Part shown: positions 29,636 to 43,374 of the stretch, piece by piece | How positions within the stretch are numbered: the stretch's first letter is position 1 | How the letters are laid out: the number at the start of each line of letters is the position of its first letter | DNA from: Eledone cirrhosa | Lineage: Eukaryota | Assembly: GCA_964016885.1 (NCBI GenBank) | Contig: OZ024742.1 | Location: 194,060,001 to 194,124,000, forward strand | Direction: 5' to 3' | DNA length: 64,000 nucleotides | The notes under the pieces: model-generated | The model's database searches: none | What the model was told of the DNA's origin: nothing | The model's input: only the letters and a program-made list of their open reading frames with translations | Made by a program: the position numbers and the translations under genes

Positions 29636-30266
29636 TTTATCTATATATATGTCTATATATCTGCATGCATGTTTGCTTGCCTGTATGTCTGTCTACCTAC
29701 CTCTCTGTCTATCTGTCTATTAATCTATCTGACTGTCTGTAAAGCGGTCTGTCAGTTAGTCTATCTGTCTACCTCCCTGCCTAGCAGTCTGTCACATTCA
29801 TACTCCTTCATCTTTCATAACCTTTCTTCCCCTTATTCTCCTATACTAATATCGTAGTCTAGATATCAATCTAAAACTATAATAAAAACTTTACAACTTC
29901 GTTGTCGTTTTTTCTAGTTTGGACATTATTACACGGAGACGACATTAATAGAACATCGTAATATGATATAACATTACTTTGCCTTATATAACCTAACATA
30001 GCACTGCATTCCCTATATCATAAAAGGTAACAAATTGAAAGATACAGTTGTATTAAGTGAAGAATAGCGTTGTTAGTAACATCAATTAAACCATAGGAGA
30101 GTTTATAGAAGATTTCAATAAGTTGTAATTATGTGAGGAGGGAAGTATCTAAACTTTCGGTTTCCTCTTGCCTTTCACGTAATACATCGCTCGCTCGCCC
30201 TCTCTCTCTCTCTCTCTCTCTTTCCAAACACACACATGCACACATACGCATACACACACACACGCG

Positions 30267-30308
<42 letters not shown>

Positions 30309-30422
30309 TACATACAGATGGGAGTCTACATGGTACAACATATCTGAGTCAGGTTCAATCATTAATAGATCGTTCCTCGAGCTGAGCGACAGCGAAACAT
30401 ATGTAATCGTTGTTCCTTTTTT

Positions 30423-30471
<49 letters not shown>

Positions 30472-30558
30472 CAAGGAGGAAGTTTCGTTTACATATGAAA
30501 AATATTTATTGCGTATCCACCTGTTACGCACATTTCGCAGAGGATTGGCCCATAGGAG

Positions 30559-30596
<38 letters not shown>

Positions 30597-31256
30597 TAAC
30601 AAAGAGAAGAAACAAATGAAAAGAAGGCAGAACAAATTTTTTAAAGGGTGACTTTACATTTTTTTTTTAACAAAAAGATAAAGGAAATACAGAATTCCAC
30701 CGAGATGTAATTTGAAGTATAAATGCAGATATTTATGTATGCAAACCCAAATACATTTACACATGCAAGCATAATGCACAACCCCGCGTATAAAGATAAC
30801 ATATCAAAAGAAAAAATATCCAAAACAAATCGATAATTAACATCATTTCCTATGCACTAACACAACCAAAGTAACAACAATCAACAACAATAATCAACTT
30901 AACAATACTTCTTTACATAACATGAATAACTGATATTTCGGAGTAGTACTGGGATGTGACGAGGTCTGAAATTGGACGTAGAAACTAAAATAATTATTGC
31001 GTGAAAGAGTCATATTATCCATTTATAAACACCGAAAAACTGTTAACCTTCCTCTATATTTATCATTTATTTCCTGGTGTCAACATTTTTGTCGCTCTAT
31101 CTGTAACTTGGTCACTGACAGAATTCCACTGGAATAACAAAGATAATTATCTTCTAATTCAATTTGGTAATCCAGTATGGCCTTGTCAATGATAGCATTG
31201 GCGAACATACGCTGAAAGAACTAAAAGACAGAACGAACCGTAGAAACTTAAAATAA

Positions 31257-31432
31257 TTGTTTCTACTCCCAGCAATTATGCCAGTGTATTACTGGTACTT
31301 TATTTTATCGACCCCGTAAGGATAAAAGGCAAAGTTAACCTTGGCGGGATTTGAACTCAGTCCGTAAAGGGACGTAACTGTGCTGCAAAGCATGGCGTCC
31401 GTCGCTCTACCGATACTGCCAATCCACCGCCC
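31257..31432 (-). mobile_element. tRNA-derived SINE (Nin-domain-like)
   Basis: Full head ggcggtggattggcag..gagttcaaatcc and body gcctttyatccttacggggtcgataaa on reverse strand. Confidence 0.85.
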
Positions 31433-32888
31433 TTAAAATAATACTATAACCTCATCTCTCTCTATCTATCTCTCTTTGTATCTGTCGCGCTCTCTACCAG
31501 TCAGTCTGTCTTTCTTTCTCTGCCTCTCTCAAAAATCATTTTACAACCGTACCTATCCACCTCTATATTCGTTTTGCTCTTTCATTCCAAATAATACTAC
31601 ACTCACTTCCCTCCGTATCATTTTCCGCTCTCTCTCCCGCTTTCACACTCACTCTATGAAAACATTTTTTTCTACTCCATCCCTCTTTCTCTTTATCACT
31701 CACTCTGTGTCTATTTCCATTCCTCTATATTATCTTTGCTCTCTCTTCTTCCACCTTTACTCCATTACATTCTTTCACCCAGTATCTGTCTGTTATTCTC
31801 TCTGCATGCAAGCTTTAATAGTAGCTCCTACAGTCAGCCAGATAGCAAAAGCCGTGAGAAGTCTGTAATATTTTTTCATAGACACATACATACACACACA
31901 GACATACAACACACAACCATACACATACACACACACACGCACACACATGCAACCATAGGCGCATGCACACTGACACACATACATTCATATACATACACAC
32001 ACATACTCAGTATTATTGAAAACTTCAAGAAAAGCACGTGTGTAAACAAACATAAAACAATCGTATTTTTTTTTCCATCGGGAATAATTTCAACTTTATA
32101 CCTTTTTCTTTATCCCTTTACAATTCCTTAACAATACGGGGTAAACTGATTCTGCTTGCCTCTTTGTTGAAGCTGATAACAAACTTATATAGCAGAGTGA
32201 CTTAAATTCAATTTAAAGGTTTTAATATTAATATTTATACTTTCAAATCACTCCTTGATTTTACTCAAAATTGCAGAATTTCCAACTTTGAAAAATTGCG
32301 TGAAAACTGTTGTTTGAGGTTAATTCCGTCCCTATCTCTAGCTGCCCTAGTGATCTCCAACTGGTGTATCTCTTTGATCAACATTACTTTCAAAGAAAAC
32401 CTGAAAACTAACTTCATTCATCAAAACTATCAATCTCCATTCCGTATATATATATAGTTAGTTGGAGAGGAGAAAACATACATGTAGTAGTAATACATTT
32501 AAATATTAAACAGCTGATGATTTTCATTGACAGTCACCACATAAATTTTCACGCCACGTGTGATGATCGTGTTAACAACAAAGAAATATATATGAGTGCT
32601 GGACTTACACATTTTGGAAATAGCAAGAAATAACGTAGCCAAATTTATTTCTCTATTCTTTAACAATTGAAACGAAAGAAAAAAATACCTTCCAAATTAA
32701 TTCTGATATGGTAGTTGAAATCTAACACTGAAATCACGCCACTTGATAATGCAAGAGGTTAAACTCTTAATATAAATATACACACACAGATGCTTGCATA
32801 CATATATACATAGTCATCGATTATCTACTTCTTTTCGGTGTTATTTCTAACAAGTCAATCTCGCTCTCTCACCCATCTCTCTCCCCCT

Positions 32889-32957
<69 letters not shown>

Positions 32958-32961
<4 letters not shown>

Positions 32962-33049
32962 AAAGTAAGTCGATAGAATCATTTGATAAAATATATACAC
33001 TATTTCTGATAGCCTGTAGAAATTTATGTGTATGTAAACTTCTATATTT

Positions 33050-33106
<57 letters not shown>

Positions 33107-33243
33107 GTAACTTCATGTAACATTACGCTTCATTTATTTTAAAGGTTTTCGGTTAATTAATTTCCTCCTTTAAGTTGTTAATTAAGAGGAAGTGGGAAAA
33201 GAAGTCGGTGGCAGTATAATTTACTACTTTCAACGGAATATCG

Positions 33244-33307
<64 letters not shown>

Positions 33308-33395
33308 AAAGTAAATCCATAGAATCATTTGATAAAATATATACACTATATCTGATAGCCTGTAGAAATGTATGTGTATGTAAACTTCTATATTT

Positions 33396-33438
<43 letters not shown>

Positions 33439-33580
33439 GTAACTTCATGTAACATTACGCTTCATTTATTTTAAAGGTTTTCGGTTAATTAATTTCCTCC
33501 TTTAAGTTGTTAATTAAGAGGAAGTGGGAAAAGAAGTCGGTGGCAGTATAATTTACTACTTTCAACCGAATATCGCTTAT
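32958..33580. repeat. Local tandem duplication (~345-bp period) bounded by (TA)n
   Basis: ggaaagtaa..atagaatcatttgataaaa..ggaatatcgct occurs twice. Confidence 0.8.
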
Positions 33581-34563
33581 ATATATATACATACATGATT
33601 GTGTGTTTGTGCGTCCTGAGAACTGTCCTGGTGTGACATGCAAGTGGCTGAGCTTTCATTACAAAACCTCAAGTAATTGACATGCAAATGACATTCAACA
33701 GACACGTCAGGGAGATTTAGGGCGACACAATATGTGACAACGCTCGCCCTTTGAATATCACCTATAACAATTTTTGTTTACCAGTGGAGTGAACTGGAAC
33801 AACGTGAAATAAAGTTGCTTGTTCAAACACACAACCTGTCGCTCTGATTCGAGCACACGGCTATACGATCGTCAGTCGAACACACTAGCCGGTAATTCTT
33901 ACGCTTTCATAGGTTACAAGAGGTATTTATCACCAAACAGGCACCCGCCCACCAGAAGCTGATGACAACAAAAGCACATGCGTACCTACGTAAGCACATA
34001 CAGACAACATACACTTCTACACGCGTGGGGAATAAGCACATACTAGCATAAAAAAGCTCCATGCACGGGTATATCCACATTAACAAACACAGATAAAAGA
34101 CACTAACACATACATAAGCGAACTGAAACTGCACGCATTCTGATACACGCGTGTCTACATTCGAACACACAGACAACACATATACTATCATACACGCATA
34201 TCTCCATAAACACACACAAAGACACAACAAAAAGTCCCTCATATACATATCATAAACACACACGTACAACATTATCCAATATAAAACATCTACACTTTTA
34301 TTTCACACATGTTATATAGTGACTGACTACCAACACAACCGAGGACTGAACTATAAACATGTTAAATAAGTTTATCTAACGTTCACATTAAATAAGAATC
34401 GAACTATAGATTATATTGATTTTTTGTTAAGATAGTGAAAAGCATGATCGGTTGCTAAGAGTACAAATATAAATATATACACACTCAAACACACACGCGC
34501 ACACGCACACACAAACGTACACACAAACACACACGCAAACATACACACAAACATACACACGCC

Positions 34564-34627
<64 letters not shown>

Positions 34628-35520
34628 CACACACCCACACACCCACACACACACACACCCACACACACACACACACACCACACCACACACACACACACAC
34701 ACACACACACTCATATATATATATATATTCGTAAACTAATATATAGTGAGTGTGAAAATAAACCACGGATCACAAACTCAAATACAAACACACATACAGA
34801 CACCCACACACAAAAACACATGTGTAAAACCAACTGCCCTTAGGAATTCAACTGATGATGTAAGTCGTTGAAGTTCGTATCGATATATATTCATACATAC
34901 ACAAACACACACACATACATATATATATATAAACATTCAAACGATATATATAAAATATATTAACTAACTGATCAGCTGTGTTTATATCTGTGTTGTGTTA
35001 CCGTTGGTTTACAAAATACCAATTCCACAAGATTGAAAAAAGAGGTAAGTGCTGCTATATATTATACATTTATATCATTGCCAGTTTAAATTATATATAT
35101 TTTGGGTGAGTGTGTATAGGGATGGATTAGGGAGGGGAAAAGCAAGAAACTATTGTTAAATAAGTTACTTAATGTATACCTGCAGAAATGACAGACACAC
35201 ATAGACACACACACACACACACACACACATTCACACACACACACATACCACATATACCTATTTCATTTATATTACAATCTTGATTGCAATGATATATATT
35301 TTATATGCCTTTAACAAATCTTTGTTTTTCTTTTAAATTTTCAACTTTAAAAGAAATGACACTAAGAGAAAATTGAAATATTTAAATTTTAATATTAGGA
35401 ATTAGAAAATCCCAAAAGAGTTTACGGAAGACGAAATAAATGTTGAAATAGACATATTAATTAAATATTAATGTTTAAATTAAGTTTGTAATTAAATCAC
35501 AATTCATAATAGGTGAGGGA

Positions 35521-35562
<42 letters not shown>

Positions 35563-35611
35563 AATAATAATGGTTTCTTGTTTTATTTATTTATTAATAA
35601 TAATAATAATG

Positions 35612-35673
<62 letters not shown>

Positions 35674-35736
35674 CAAAAGCTAGTAACTATATATATAAAT
35701 GTGTGCGTTTGTATATATATATATAGTTTTACTCTA

Positions 35737-35934
<198 letters not shown>

Positions 35935-36669
35935 GTGTAAATTTTAATCATATTCGAATAAATAAATTATTAGAAATGCATTTTTTGTTCATTTTTTTTA
36001 TTCAATAAATATTCCAATATTGCATAAATTTTATTTCATATTTTGTGAATTTGAAGTTTATGGCCGCTTTAATTTCGAAAGGTAGCTACGAAATTTTATA
36101 TACATATCTTTATATATTCCTTTTAGAATAAAGAATGAAATTGCACATAATATCTCCTAGATTTATAACTAAAAATATATACACGGAATATCTATAAGCG
36201 CAACGCTATTGATAATATCTCTTTGAGAATCAGTGATGGCCTGAGGTCTAAATACTATATACAGAGCAGCAGCCAACACATAGTTTCTTTTTAAAGTCTC
36301 ATTCTTCTCGTTATGTTAGCAAACAAATCTTCAGCATTTTGCACATGCAACATGCAATGCCTCAAACCTATAACTTTATCAATACTGTAGCTAAATCAAT
36401 ATTATGGGTGCGCGCGCAACCAACCATCACATACACACATACAAAATAAAAGCATATTTGTATTATGAATGATATATATATATATATAAAAATAAACGTA
36501 GAAACAACGTAATAGAACGTCAGATTACATTCCTCGCCCACAAACCAGTCATTCGTGTGGGTTGATTTGATAATATTCTGCGGACGATTGCGTATGGTTT
36601 TGAACCGTCTTTATGTTACTTTATGGCGTAATATAAAAAAGGAAAATATAGTGTTCTGTCACAAAATGT

Positions 36670-36703
<34 letters not shown>

Positions 36704-36719
36704 TATATATATATATAAG

Positions 36720-36792
<73 letters not shown>

Positions 36793-36816
<24 letters not shown>

Positions 36817-37046
36817 GAATAAACAAGAGAGATAAACACTAATATAAACATACATGTGTTCGAATCGTAAGGACTAAAATTTGCTAGGGAGAAAAAATAC
36901 TAACTACAGCAATATATATAGCTGTAGTTTTCACCCTAGCTAATTTTAGTCCTAGCAAATTTTTTCACCCTTGCAAGTTTTAGTCCTTACGATTCGAACA
37001 CATTTATGTTTATATTAGTGTTCATCCCTCTTGTTTATTCAATTAT
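36793..37046. repeat. Inverted repeat related to the 3830-4740 family
   Basis: aattgaataaacaagag..cgtaaggactaaaa mirrored; shares gataaacact..tacatgtgt and acggctcagaaa..gagctattta. Confidence 0.65.
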
Positions 37047-37142
37047 ATTGTACGGCTCAGAAAATCTTTTTTCTTAGAGCTATTTATATATATATGTATG
37101 TATATATATATATATAAATATAAATATATATATGCACACACA

Positions 37143-37294
<152 letters not shown>

Positions 37295-37402
37295 GACATA
37301 TATATATATATCGAAGCTTCTTACTATATTTAAAAGTGCCCTGATACAAATACCGCCAAAGAAATCCCGTATATAACTTGAAAATCAACACTCCACACAA
37401 AA

Positions 37403-37650
37403 GTGGGCCACGTTGTCCAATATCTGACTAGGTTGTCCGGTTGCTCTCCGGTTGTATCCTTGGCAGTGGAGACTTCTGGTGCCCTCGGTCCTAGGGCTAC
37501 CTCCCTAGTCACCACCATAGGCTCTGAGTTGGCCAGCCCTTGGCCAGCCGCAGGTGTGAATCCCAAGAGCTGGAATGGCTTTTCCAGCGCTTCCCTTGCC
37601 GTCCCCTGGGGAACGCCTTCTCTATTCTGTCCGCCGGGGCTGTGGAGAGG
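37403..37650 (+). mobile_element. CRE-like non-LTR retrotransposon, RLE C-terminal fragment
   Basis: LAVETSGALGPRA..IG..LA..WLFQR..GNA; homologous to 53822-54290. Confidence 0.65.
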
Positions 37651-37877
37651 CCACCAGTATGATTGATTGACTTGTCATCTTATCCGACAGATGTTTTTAG
37701 GCACTTTGCAGAATATGAAAGCCAAGTTCATCGTCTGTGAGACTTCCACACATGTAGCTAATCATTTCAACCTGGCATGTTTAAGTTGAACACTGGCCAA
37801 AATCGATCGAATTTAAGAAAGTTACATGTATATATATATATGTATATAATGTATGCCTTCATATATATATATGTGTG

Positions 37878-37928
<51 letters not shown>

Positions 37929-37972
37929 ATATTTATATATTTACATATAATCATATATTCATGTGTGTTTAA

Positions 37973-38041
<69 letters not shown>

Positions 38042-38111
38042 AATATGTGTGTTCGTGTGTCTGTAGCTGTGTACATATATACATTATTAATATATGCATT
38101 ATATATTGTAT

Positions 38112-38152
<41 letters not shown>

Positions 38153-38210
38153 ATATTTATATAAAGATATTTATATATTTACATATAATCATATATTCAT
38201 GTGTGTTTAA

Positions 38211-38269
<59 letters not shown>

Positions 38270-38369
38270 AATATGTGTGTTCGTGTGTCTGTAGCTGTGT
38301 GCATATATACATTATTAATATATGCATTATATATTGTATGTTGTATATATATATATATATATATGCCTA

Positions 38370-38421
<52 letters not shown>

Positions 38422-38643
38422 AATGTACGTATATAATATATTTGTATGTAATCTTTTCTTTTCTCATAATGGGAATCAGAACAGTCTCAGATGAGAAGAT
38501 AAAGCATAAAAACGTGATAATTGCGTGACCCGCTCCTTACCAAGCAAAGTAAGAAGTTAATTTGTCACACAAACACAAGCACACACATATATATATAACA
38601 TACGTATATATATATATATATATATATATAAGCAAATTATCAA

Positions 38644-38715
38644 AGCCCCCAGTAGAAATGAACTCACGAACCCTGGTTTACAAGACCAGTGCTCTAACCA
38701 CTGAGCTATGGAGGC
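38644..38715 (-). tRNA. tRNA-Thr(UGU), probably a pseudogene (1-nt deletion in T stem)
   Basis: GCCTCCA-TA-GCTCAGTGGTTAGAGC-A-CTGGT CT TGT AA ACCAG-GGTTC-GTGAGTTCATTTCTAC-TGGGGGC-T; acceptor, D and anticodon stems intact. Confidence 0.8.
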
Positions 38716-39021
38716 TTGTTCCTGTATCTCATTCTGTTATTTTGCCCGAGAAAATATGTGTGTGTCATCAAGCGATGCGCACATATGGTTATTTTGCTTA
38801 TATCCAATTGAGTTCTAGCACGTGGCTTGAATTCTTTTCAGAATTCATTGACCTGCGCATGCATTGTTTTCTGGCGATATTCTCCTTCCTCCTATTTTCG
38901 AGACGGTGTGAGATTTTCTTTCGAACTGCTAGACTAACATCCTATCAGCTACCCCAAGCACTGATGGTTATTATCGCTAAATATTGATGTTGATTTGGTT
39001 ATCAATATTAATATTATTGGG

Positions 39022-39148
39022 CACACACTGAAGAATTATAAGAGCCCACTTGAATAAGTAACTGTTGATCTTATAGAAGCTTCTACATAAATTGGTGAAA
39101 TTTCACCCAACTTGTAGAAATCTTATAGTGAAACGAGACGTCCGTCTG
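39022..39148 (+). ncRNA. Hammerhead ribozyme with long branched helix II (helix I decayed)
   Basis: CTGAAGA-attataaga...tcttatagt-GAAA-cg aga cg-TC. Confidence 0.6.
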
Positions 39149-39341
39149 GGAAGAGATGTATTCGATATATCTCATATGAAATGATACAGCCAATTTTCCA
39201 CACAATACAATTAGTTAGCACCCCGAACGTTTAATTAGGAATATACTCAGGTATTTCCTAATGTTTGTTGAGTGAGTTAGAATTTGCCCGGAGTATCGCT
39301 ATTAGCTTTCTCCGATTATGTATATATATATATATATATAT

Positions 39342-40593
39342 AAGAATTGGAGCTCTAAGAAATAGCCATATATATATATGAATGTATATATAATGTATTT
39401 TGCAATACACTTTAGGCTTAATTAAAAGCATTTTGAAGACCTTATGCTATTGTTTTAGAGTAGTGACAAACTCACTTACTTTAATCTCAGCAAACAGGGG
39501 GAGATAAAGCCGAGAAGGCCTTGTTTCTGCATTTTGTTATGCTTATCAAGGCTAACTACTCCCTCCCGTCTACTGATATCACTGATGTTATATTCTTATA
39601 GAATTCTAGTAAATAATCAGGAACTGATTATTTGCTGAATTATTTACTGAATTATTTACTGAATTAAAAATTAGAATTGGAGCTCTGAAATAGCCATATA
39701 TATATGAATGTATATATAATGTATTTTGCAATACACTTTAGGCTTAATTAAAAGCATTTTCAAGACCGTATGCTATTGTTTTAGAGTAGTGACAAACTCA
39801 CTTACTTTAATCTCAGCAAACAGGAGGAGATAAAGCCGACAAAGCCTCGTTTCTGCATTTTTTTATGCTTATCAAGGCTAACTACTCCCCCCCGTCTACT
39901 GAGATCATTGATGTTATATTCTTATAGAAATCTAGTAAATAATCAGGAATTGATTAATAATCAGGAATTGATTATACAGAGCGGTTGCCGGTCAGGCAGA
40001 AATTAAAAATTAGAATTGGAGCTCTGAAATAGCCCTATATACATGAATGTATATATAATGTATTTTGCAATACACTTTATGCTTAATTAAAAGCATTTTG
40101 AAGACCGTATGCTATTGTTTTAGAGTAGTGACAAACTCACTTACTTTAATCTCAGCAAACATGGGGAGATAAAGCCGACAAGGCGTTGTTTCTGCATTTT
40201 TTTATGCTTATCAAGGCTAACTACTCCCTCCCGTCTACTGAGATCACTGCAAAATACATTATATATACATTCATATATATATTGCTATTTCAGAGCTCCA
40301 ATTCTAATTGTTAGTTTCTGCCTGACCGGCAACCGCTGTGTATAGCAAGTTCCTGATTATTTACTAGAATTCTATAAGAATATAACATCAGTGATCTCAG
40401 TAGACGGGAGAGAGTAGTTAGCCTTGATAAGCATCAACAAATGCAGAAACAAGGCCTTGTCGGCTTTATCTCCCCTGTTTCCTGAGATTAAAGTAAGTGA
40501 GTTTGTCACTACTCTAAAACAATAGCATACGGTCTTCAAAATGCTTTTAATTAAGCATAAAGTGTATTGCAAAATACATTATATATACATTCA
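39342..40593. mobile_element. Tandem ~330-bp monomers plus inverted copy, each with a U3-A8 variant HHR (retrozyme-like)
   Basis: HHRs at 39508-39553(-), 39834-39879(-), 40173-40218(-) and 40420-40465(+); spacing 326 and 339 bp; fragment also at 47893-48122. Confidence 0.8.
40420..40465 (+). ncRNA. Hammerhead ribozyme with U3-A8 core
   Basis: agcc-TTGATAA-gcat caacaa atgc-a-GAAA-CAAGGCCTTG-TC-ggct. Confidence 0.75.
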
Positions 40594-40610
40594 TATATAT
40601 ATATATATAT

Positions 40611-40671
<61 letters not shown>

Positions 40672-40672
<1 letters not shown>

Positions 40673-42015
40673 TATTAGAGTTACTATAGACTACCCAAGC
40701 AAGCACCCCAACCATCGATTACCCGTACTAGACACAGAGCTCTGGTTAGATACATTAATAACAAAAAACAAATCCTCCATTCCCATTTTGCCAAACACAT
40801 GACTTCCAAATATCTGATCCACCGAAACTCGGCTGTTTCGGACCATAGCAAAATCAACATAATGATTGCGGATTTGGTACGGGTGATGAGAAATGTGACC
40901 AGCATGTGCAACCCCGAAGAACTAGAGAGACACATACAACACTTCATCCACCTCAAGCAGTTCTCTGGTTACAATCAGAGAGATAAAATCAGTGTATATA
41001 GAGGAGCCAGAACGAAATGGGAAAAAAATGGTAAATAATGAAAGAACTAGGAATAAGGCTAATAGAATAAACTCATGGTATGATAGCAATAAATACCAGA
41101 GTGTAATGTTCATCGATACAACCCCTAGAGGTGAATTAGCTTACAAATTTAGAAGGGCCCTAGATAAACATAAACTCAATATTAAGATAGTAGAAACACC
41201 AGGTACCTCCATAATAACACTTCGTAGCATGACATACCCTTTTCAAAGACCTCATTGTATAGATAAGAAATGTATAATCTATAAATTAAGCACCCATAAT
41301 AACTGTAAAACTAGAAATGTAGTATATAGCTTAAGATGTACTGAAGGACAATGTAGAGATAAAAATAAAGTGTACATAGGTGAGACAGTTCGTAGTATAG
41401 GGGAACGGATAAATGAACACTGGCGAGACATTCAAGATAGTAAAGAATCATATGTACTCTACCAACATGCTAAAATACAACATAAGGGTAAATTAGGGAA
41501 CATAGAAATAAAAATAGAATCTACACACAGAAAAGACGCAATGTTTAGACAAATCACAGAGGCAATAAACATAAATGAACTCCAACCAAAATTAAATAGA
41601 AAACATGAGTGGAACAGCAACATCAAAACTTACAATTAAGGACAGAATGAAAACACACACGCACATAGAACAAACAACCAACCTGAAACATGTAAATAAA
41701 CAAATAAATAAACGAATATAAACACACACAGACACCCGGAGGTGGCGCATGCGCAGACTGAGCACACAGCACACACACAGAAACAAGATGGCGTAGGACA
41801 GAACAAAGGAAAGGCACAAAAACAAAGAAAAGAATCCCCAGTCACTGAAGAGGTCACCTAATGTGTGACGAAAGAACTTTGACAATATATAAACAACCAT
41901 CTGGTTGTGGAACCAACCAACCAACCGGAAATTTATAAATTCCTAAATTAATAAATTTATTATAATAAATTGAAGTGAAAGCAACTGGTGCGTGTGTTTC
42001 TAATTGGCAATTAAA
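40672..42015 (+). mobile_element. 5'-truncated Neptune-type PLE (RT thumb + GIY-YIG + pLTR)
   Basis: Close paralog of 46460-47850; VVYSLRC..VYIGETVRSIGERINEH..LNRKHEW; internal deletion and frameshift. Confidence 0.9.
41841..41883 (+). ncRNA. Minimal hammerhead ribozyme in Neptune pLTR
   Basis: gtca-CTGAAGA-g-gtcac ctaatgt gtgac-GAAA-gaac-TT-tgac. Confidence 0.8.
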
Positions 42016-42027
42016 ATATATATATAT

Positions 42028-42095
<68 letters not shown>

Positions 42096-42100
42096 ACATA

Positions 42101-42164
<64 letters not shown>

Positions 42165-42359
42165 TTCAAGTTTGAGGTTCACCACTGGATAGAGCTGGTC
42201 AATTCCGTATGATCAATCTTAACGTAATAATATGGACAGTACTCAACTTAAAGCAGTTCAACCGTCTTTGTTTTTGTAGTTGGTGCTGCTAGTACGGAGT
42301 TAAGTATTATAATGAAATGACAGGAGGCTGGACTTGTGTAAATCCTTGAAAGGTTTATT

Positions 42360-42417
42360 ATACTATGATAATTTCAATGACCGTGTTCCGTATGAATCCG
42401 GTGATATCATCAGGTAT
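42360..42417 (-). ncRNA. Hammerhead ribozyme, left arm of inverted repeat ~42305-42836
   Basis: Reverse strand: atac-CTGATGA...GAAA-ttatca-TA-gtat. Confidence 0.7.
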
Positions 42418-42725
42418 TCGAAATATAGTAAATGAATGTAATAGCTAAAATCCATGGGGCTGAAAATCAAAGACCGGGGGACGACCGCTTTCCAGTATCT
42501 TCCAGCTTTTCCGGTCGCCCTCAAGTGAGGTGGCTAAAGCTTATAGTGTGCTACTACCGGTCAAATTTCTGTTTTTCTCTATTTGACCGGTAGTAGCACA
42601 CTATAAGCTTTAGCCACCTCACTTGAGGGCGAGCGGCAAAGATGGAAGATGCTGGCGATCGTCCTCCGGTGTTTGATTTTCAGCCCCATGGATTTTATCT
42701 GTTACATTCATTTACTATATTTCGA

Positions 42726-42783
42726 ATACCTGATGATATCACCGGATTCATACGGAACGCAGTCATTGAAATGATCATAGTAT
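42726..42783 (+). ncRNA. Hammerhead ribozyme, right arm
   Basis: atac-CTGATGA...GAAA-TGATCA-TA-gtat. Confidence 0.75.
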
Positions 42784-42829
42784 AATAAATCTTTCAAGGA
42801 TTTACACACGTCCAGCCTCCTGTCATTTC

Positions 42830-42921
<92 letters not shown>

Positions 42922-43302
42922 ATATATCCATATATCCAAATATGTCTGTATATATGCATATGCATATATTTGTGTGTAAGTATATTCATATATATACTTA
43001 TATGCGTATGTATATATATGTATATACAAATTTATATATATATATATATTAATATATATTTGTATATGTGTGTGTGTGAGTGTGTGTGTGTAAATCAATT
43101 GTTTAAAAGCAATTAGGTTCGAATCTATATAGTTTTCTTGTTTACAAAATGGCTGCTACACGTATTTCGCTGGTACATGTTATGTAACATTTCGTTCATC
43201 GGCAAACATGTATAACATTACAAAACTAACATGCATAAACATTATTCATGTAATTTCTATACATAGTTATATATATATACACCCACACACACACGCACAA
43301 AC

Positions 43303-43343
<41 letters not shown>

Positions 43344-43374
43344 AATATATACCAATATATATATACATATATAT

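Noticed and set aside
39342-40250. Tandem repeats as a CRISPR array or ordinary satellite
   Set aside because: Eukaryotic context, ~330-bp units without unique spacers; better explained as HHR-bearing monomers
42305-42836. Inverted repeats as MITE DNA transposons with TA target duplications
   Set aside because: Arms are of unequal length, carry HHRs and poly(A) signals, and show fixed strand polarity, which fits PLE-type retrotransposition
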